A stretch of 64,000 nucleotides of DNA from an uncultured Acidobacteriota bacterium (GTDB lineage: Bacteria > Acidobacteriota > Vicinamibacteria > Vicinamibacterales > 2-12-FULL-66-21): the NCBI GenBank assembly GCA_963695655.1, contig CAVOHG010000002.1, positions 305,117-369,116 on the forward strand. Direction: 5' to 3'. Position 1 is the first letter of the stretch. Each line of letters begins with the position of its first letter. Positions 60,199-64,000 of the stretch are shown one piece after another. The translations under genes were made by a program, and so were the position numbers. The notes beneath the pieces were generated by a model. That model saw nothing but the letters and a program-made list of their open reading frames with translations, did no database searches and had not been told where the DNA came from.

Positions 60199-61293
60199 TC
60201 AGTCGATGCGAAGGCTCTGCTCCATTGAATAGCACTGGTCCCAGATGTAGACGTCGTAGGCGGCAAGTTTCGTCGACCACTTCGGCGTCAGCTGGTTCAC
60301 ACAGCTGAGAGCGACTCGATCGATGTAGTTGTCGAAGACGGACCACGGATTACTCGTGCGGTCCGTGGCATCGAGGCCGACAGCCGGAGCGGTCGTCTTC
60401 AGGGCGGTCTCTGCGGCGGCCTTGAGCTCCTCCATGAACGCGAGTTGCGTCATCACGTCTCCGTGGGTGCCGGTGCGAGCAACGTGCCCACCCACGAGCG
60501 TGTCGAACTGCCACTTGCTGATCTTCTTTACCTGCTCGAAGTACGCAGGTACGTCCTGTGCGAGTGCAAACCGGCGCCACGGCATCCAACCCGGAAAGAT
60601 GACATCGACCACCATCAGCGTTCGCTGCTTCGGCGCGTAGATGAAGATGTTGCCTGGCACGTGCGCGTTCCCGTGGTACGACAACTCGAGCACCTGACTG
60701 CCGACCACCAGCCGGTATTCGTTGTCGAACGTCACGGTTGCGAGAGGTCGATTTGGATCGTTGTCCCGCGCCAGCAAGCGGTTCGTCTCGGCCTGCGCGA
60801 TAATGACCGGCCGGCCGCCGAGGCTATTCACGCCACCGATGTGGTCGGTGTGAGCATGGCTGTAGACGACATGTGTGATCGGGCTGCTGGTCACCTCGGC
60901 GATCGCTTCACGGATGTGCGCCGCATACGATGGAGGCGCGTCGATTACCACGACACCCTCTTCGTAGGTCATGAACATCGACTGGTATCCGCCGTCGGTC
61001 ACCATGTACAGGCCGTCGCCGAGCTTTTGAATGCGGTAGCCCTTGGCAGGATCCACGTCCGCTCCTTTGGCGAAGTCCGGAACGTCCAGGTACTTATCGA
61101 CTCGCACACCAATGGGCGCGATCGCTGGCATGTTGGCGTACGGGGCGCCAGGCGCCCCTGGACGGGCCCCGTTGCGCGCGGCAAGCGACACGCCGCTCCA
61201 GACAACGACGGCGAGGACAGCGAACACGCTGGCGCAAGCGATCGACGTCGATACGGTCAGTTGATTGCGCAACCCGAAATTCGACAGATTCAT
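60199..61293 (-). CDS. Secreted MBL-fold metallo-hydrolase
   Basis: Intact 364 aa. Signal anchor. HxHxDH motif in ...VVYSHAHTDHIGGV... Confidence 0.8.
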   Translation of the reverse strand: MNLSNFGLRNQLTVSTSIACASVFAVLAVVVWSGVSLAARNGARPGAPGAPYANMPAIAPIGVRVDKYLDVPDFAKGADVDPAKGYRIQKLGDGLYMVTDGGYQSMFMTYEEGVVVIDAPPSYAAHIREAIAEVTSSPITHVVYSHAHTDHIGGVNSLGGRPVIIAQAETNRLLARDNDPNRPLATVTFDNEYRLVVGSQVLELSYHGNAHVPGNIFIYAPKQRTLMVVDVIFPGWMPWRRFALAQDVPAYFEQVKKISKWQFDTLVGGHVARTGTHGDVMTQLAFMEELKAAAETALKTTAPAVGLDATDRTSNPWSVFDNYIDRVALSCVNQLTPKWSTKLAAYDVYIWDQCYSMEQSLRID

Positions 61294-61471
61294 TTGGATG
61301 CTCCTTCCTTTCCGCTCCGACCTGACGATTGGAGCATCCGCGCGAACGCATATCTATTGGACGATGGTGTCGATCGACACCTTGGTATGGGCGTTTACGA
61401 ACACCTGCCGGATCGAGGACGAAAGCGCCCACGACAGAACGGGGCGAACGCAACCGAACTTCGGACGATTG

Positions 61472-62131
61472 TCAGCGTGTCGGCGCGGAACGTGGGTCGA
61501 GCCGAGCAGCCATCGTCACAAGGCCAGGAAGGGAGCCGGCGTTCATCTTGCGCATCACCTGACCTCGGTGCGCCTTCACCGTGATCTCGCTGATGCCGAG
61601 CTCGCCACCCACCTGCTTATTGAGCAGCCCGGAGACGACCAACGCCATCACCTGCCGCTCGCGGGCGGTGAGCGAAGCATGACGGTCGCGAAGCTTCCGG
61701 ATGTCATCCTCGTCATCAAGAATGGTGCGGCTCCGCTCGAGGGCATGCTGGATGGCGCCGACAAGCATGTCGCCAACCAATGGTTTCGTCAGGAACTCGA
61801 CTGCTCCCGCCTTCATGGCCTGGACCGTCATCGGTACATCGCCGTAGCCGGAGATGAAGATGATGGGCATGTCACTCCGGTCCGGGGCGACGCGCTTCTG
61901 CAGCTCGAGACCATCAAGGTCCGGAAGACTCAGGTCGAGTACCAGACAGCTCGGGGCAGCGACCCGTGGGCGGTGCAGAAACTCCTGCGCGGATGCGAAG
62001 GTCTCCGCCTTCCAGCCTGCGGAGTCGATCAGCAATTCCAGCGACTTGCGCACCGAGACGTCGTCATCGACTACGAATACGGTTGGTGTGACGTGCAACA
62101 TGACCAACGACCTCGATGCATTCTCATGCAA
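61472..62131 (-). CDS. FixJ/LuxR-family response regulator
   Basis: REC ...TVFVVDDDVSVRKSL...CLVLDLSLPDLDG...IFISGYGDV...FLTKP. LuxR HTH ...LTARERQVMALVVSGLLNKQVGGELGISEITVKAHRGQVM. The start is probably 62101. Confidence 0.9.
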   Translation of the reverse strand: MHENASRSLVMLHVTPTVFVVDDDVSVRKSLELLIDSAGWKAETFASAQEFLHRPRVAAPSCLVLDLSLPDLDGLELQKRVAPDRSDMPIIFISGYGDVPMTVQAMKAGAVEFLTKPLVGDMLVGAIQHALERSRTILDDEDDIRKLRDRHASLTARERQVMALVVSGLLNKQVGGELGISEITVKAHRGQVMRKMNAGSLPGLVTMAARLDPRSAPTR

Positions 62132-62201
62132 TTGATCGTCCGGTCGTTATCACATCTTTCTGTTACAGACGGCCGCGCATCAATCTGACAAAATCCTGGG
62201 C

Positions 62202-62615
62202 ATGGCCATGCGTGACCCTGCGCACCCTCGCCGTTCGATCGTTGCGGCGGTCGACGATGATCAGAGGATTCTCGAATCGCTCGAGATTCTGCTGGACTCT
62301 GCAGATTATGAGGTGCGCCTGTTTTCGTCTGCGAAGGCACTGCTGGAGGATGCCGGCCTCGGGGAGATTGACATCCTAATCTCCGACGTCGCCATGCCCG
62401 TCATGGACGGTTTTGAACTCGTCCGAATAATTCAAGCGGCGCGGCCGGGGTTGCCGGTCATCATGGTGACCGGTCTCCCCGACCTCGTGAATCGGGCGCC
62501 GGTCGGTTGGCCATCTCACTACCGGCTGTTCAAAAAGCCGTTCAATGGCTCTGAACTTCTTACGGCGGTCGGCGATGCTCTGCAGAGTCCGGATCGCCGT
62601 ATCCCCGACGCGTGA
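62202..62615 (+). CDS. Single-domain response regulator (receiver only)
   Basis: ...IVAAVDDDQRILESL...DILISDVAMPVMDGFEL...VIMVTG...LFKKPF. Confidence 0.85.
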   Translation: MAMRDPAHPRRSIVAAVDDDQRILESLEILLDSADYEVRLFSSAKALLEDAGLGEIDILISDVAMPVMDGFELVRIIQAARPGLPVIMVTGLPDLVNRAPVGWPSHYRLFKKPFNGSELLTAVGDALQSPDRRIPDA

Positions 62616-62624
62616 TGCCAACCA

Positions 62625-63272
62625 TCAACTGCTGCGCCCTGTTTGAATTTGGCTTTCCCGACGGAGCGGTATTTCGAGCCTCACAGCCATTCTCACCAGC
62701 GCTGCCAGCGAGTCCGCCTCCATCTTCTTCATGATCCTCCCTCGATGAATCTGGATGGTGATGTCGCTGATCCCGAGCTCCGCCGCGACTTGTTTGTTGA
62801 GAAGCCCTGACACAACCAGCGGCAGGACCTCACGCTCGCGTGGCGTCAGACACGACAGGCGCCGCCGCAGCTCGGCGAGCTCGGCTCTCTCCAGCCTGGC
62901 CGCCCGGTCCTTCGTGATGGCGGCGCGGACGGCCCTTATCAGCTCCGACTCTTTGAGGGGTTTCGTCAAAAAGTCGACAGCGCCTGCCTTGATCGCACGT
63001 ACCGACTTGGGAATGTCGCCTTGTCCGGTAATGAACACGATTTGCGCGTGAGCCTGCGCAGGCTGGCTCTGCAACTCGAGTCCGTTGACGTCGGGAAGTT
63101 CCACGTCCAGAAGGAGGCAAGCCGGGACCGCTGGTTTCGGGTACGCGATGTACTCAGCAGCCGAACCGAACGAGACCACGTCCAAGTCGAAGCTCGACAG
63201 CAGATCAGTCAGCGCTTCGCGAACCCCCTGATCATCATCGACGACAAAGACGATGTGGTCGCGCGGTTTCAC
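62625..63272 (-). CDS. FixJ/LuxR-family response regulator
   Basis: ...HIVFVVDDDQGVREAL...CLLLDVELPDVNG...VFITGQGDI...FLTKP. ...LTPREREVLPLVVSGLLNKQVAAELGISDITIQIHRGRIM. Confidence 0.9.
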   Translation of the reverse strand: MKPRDHIVFVVDDDQGVREALTDLLSSFDLDVVSFGSAAEYIAYPKPAVPACLLLDVELPDVNGLELQSQPAQAHAQIVFITGQGDIPKSVRAIKAGAVDFLTKPLKESELIRAVRAAITKDRAARLERAELAELRRRLSCLTPREREVLPLVVSGLLNKQVAAELGISDITIQIHRGRIMKKMEADSLAALVRMAVRLEIPLRRESQIQTGRSS

Positions 63273-63376
63273 TCCTGAGAGAATGCGCCACTCATGGCCA
63301 CAAGTCCATCAGACGTTGAGCGTTCCGTCGACTTGGCCAACAGCGGGTCGAGCCTTCGCCGACGCGCATGCCGTAT

Positions 63377-64000
63377 ATGATTCAGCGCAGGAACGAAGCA
63401 TTGGCGATGCCCCACGATCAATTCGTCCAGCGGCGCACGCGACGCTTCGCTTCGATGGCGGGCGTGGCGGAGGACCAGCATTTCGTCCTCTCGAGCCTGC
63501 CTCCAAGTCCGGGGCAGAAACGCCTCGCTGTCGGCATCGTGCTCGGCCTGATCATCGCCCTTTACCTGGTCGTCGGGCCGTTCGGTGGCATGCAGTTGGG
63601 CGCGATCCACTCGTTCGTCGCGTTCTATACGACCGGGATGTTCGTGACTGATTCGATCACCGCGATACTCCTGTACGCACAGTTCTCTATTCTGCGATCC
63701 CGCGCCATTCTCCTGATTGCGAGTGGATATCTCTTTAGTGCGTTTCTCATCGTTCCGTATGTCCTCGCGTTCCCAGGGGTGTTGGCGCCAGGCGGCGTGA
63801 TCGGCGGACTGCAGACGACTGCGCAGCTGTACCTTCTGTGGCATTGTGCGTTCCCGATATTCGTCATCGGTTATGCCTTGGCGAAGGACGAGGACCCGAG
63901 CAAGCGGTTCTCGCAAGCCGAGGTCAGTTCAGCGATCTTCCGGACCGTCATCCTAACGGCTGCCGCCGCCGCAGCGGCAATGTTCTTGTGCATCAACAGC
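63377..64000 (+). CDS. N-terminal membrane sensor domain (MASE-type, several TM helices) of a signalling protein, partial, runs off the window
   Basis: Not in the ORF track because it is open-ended. My translation is MIQRRNEALAMPHDQF...LAVGIVLGLIIALYLVVGPFGG...FVAFYTTGMFVTDSITAILLYAQFSILRSRAILLIASGYLFSAFLIVPYVLAFPG...LYLLWHCAFPIFVIGYAL... The start codon is tentative. Confidence 0.6.
   Translation, partial: MIQRRNEALAMPHDQFVQRRTRRFASMAGVAEDQHFVLSSLPPSPGQKRLAVGIVLGLIIALYLVVGPFGGMQLGAIHSFVAFYTTGMFVTDSITAILLYAQFSILRSRAILLIASGYLFSAFLIVPYVLAFPGVLAPGGVIGGLQTTAQLYLLWHCAFPIFVIGYALAKDEDPSKRFSQAEVSSAIFRTVILTAAAAAAAMFLCINS

Noticed and set aside
63269-63916. 215-aa minus-strand ORF
   Set aside because: It is antisense to an open-ended + strand frame that encodes a convincing multi-TM sensor domain. 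The minus-strand translation is hydrophilic and motif-free.

Overview
High-GC bacterial chromosome segment. Hand counts of a few 60-nt lines give about 70% GC in core genes. Gene content suggests an Acidobacteriota-like soil bacterium: an Oar-type TonB-dependent receptor, PEP-CTERM proteins and a PRC-type cytochrome c. The phylum call is inference only.

Native genes, in order:
- two thiolases and an IPMDH-family dehydrogenase
- a TonB-dependent receptor, a TPR protein, a hybrid histidine kinase and an aldehyde dehydrogenase
- a PilZ protein
- a two-ATPase, two-permease ABC-2 exporter cluster with HD-domain and YjbQ genes
- a minus-strand nucleoside-salvage operon (deoA-nupC-PNP-cdd-mtnA-tsaD)
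- a HEAT-repeat protein plus HD-GYP phosphodiesterase pair
- an ECF sigma / anti-sigma / DUF4097 module
- the cell-shape cluster mreBCD-mrdA-rodA-rng
- a GAF-GGDEF cyclase, PpiD, SppA, a di-haem cytochrome c fusion and tRNA-Leu(CAG)

Two lower-GC segments look acquired. The first (about 26.15-32.9 kb) carries a tyrosine integrase and is bounded by a shared AT-rich motif. The second (57.4 kb to the window end) starts at a tRNA-Leu whose 3' end is duplicated.

The most striking signal is non-genic. Almost every native intergenic spacer is filled with tandem 7-nt repeats from a few families (CTGANAG, GGGGTTC, CCAGTNG, GCACGTN, TAGAACN, AGCTNCC). These are often arranged as inverted blocks and sometimes supply stop codons, start regions or C-terminal tails of genes. 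A 24-nt hairpin (REP-like) element also occurs at two loci. Both acquired segments lack these repeats.

About 27 single-nucleotide indels disrupt otherwise clearly recognisable genes, including the normally essential tsaD. They cluster at 14.5-20.3 kb and often sit in short homopolymers. I read them as assembly errors rather than real decay. Disrupted genes are listed as one CDS span with the approximate break position.
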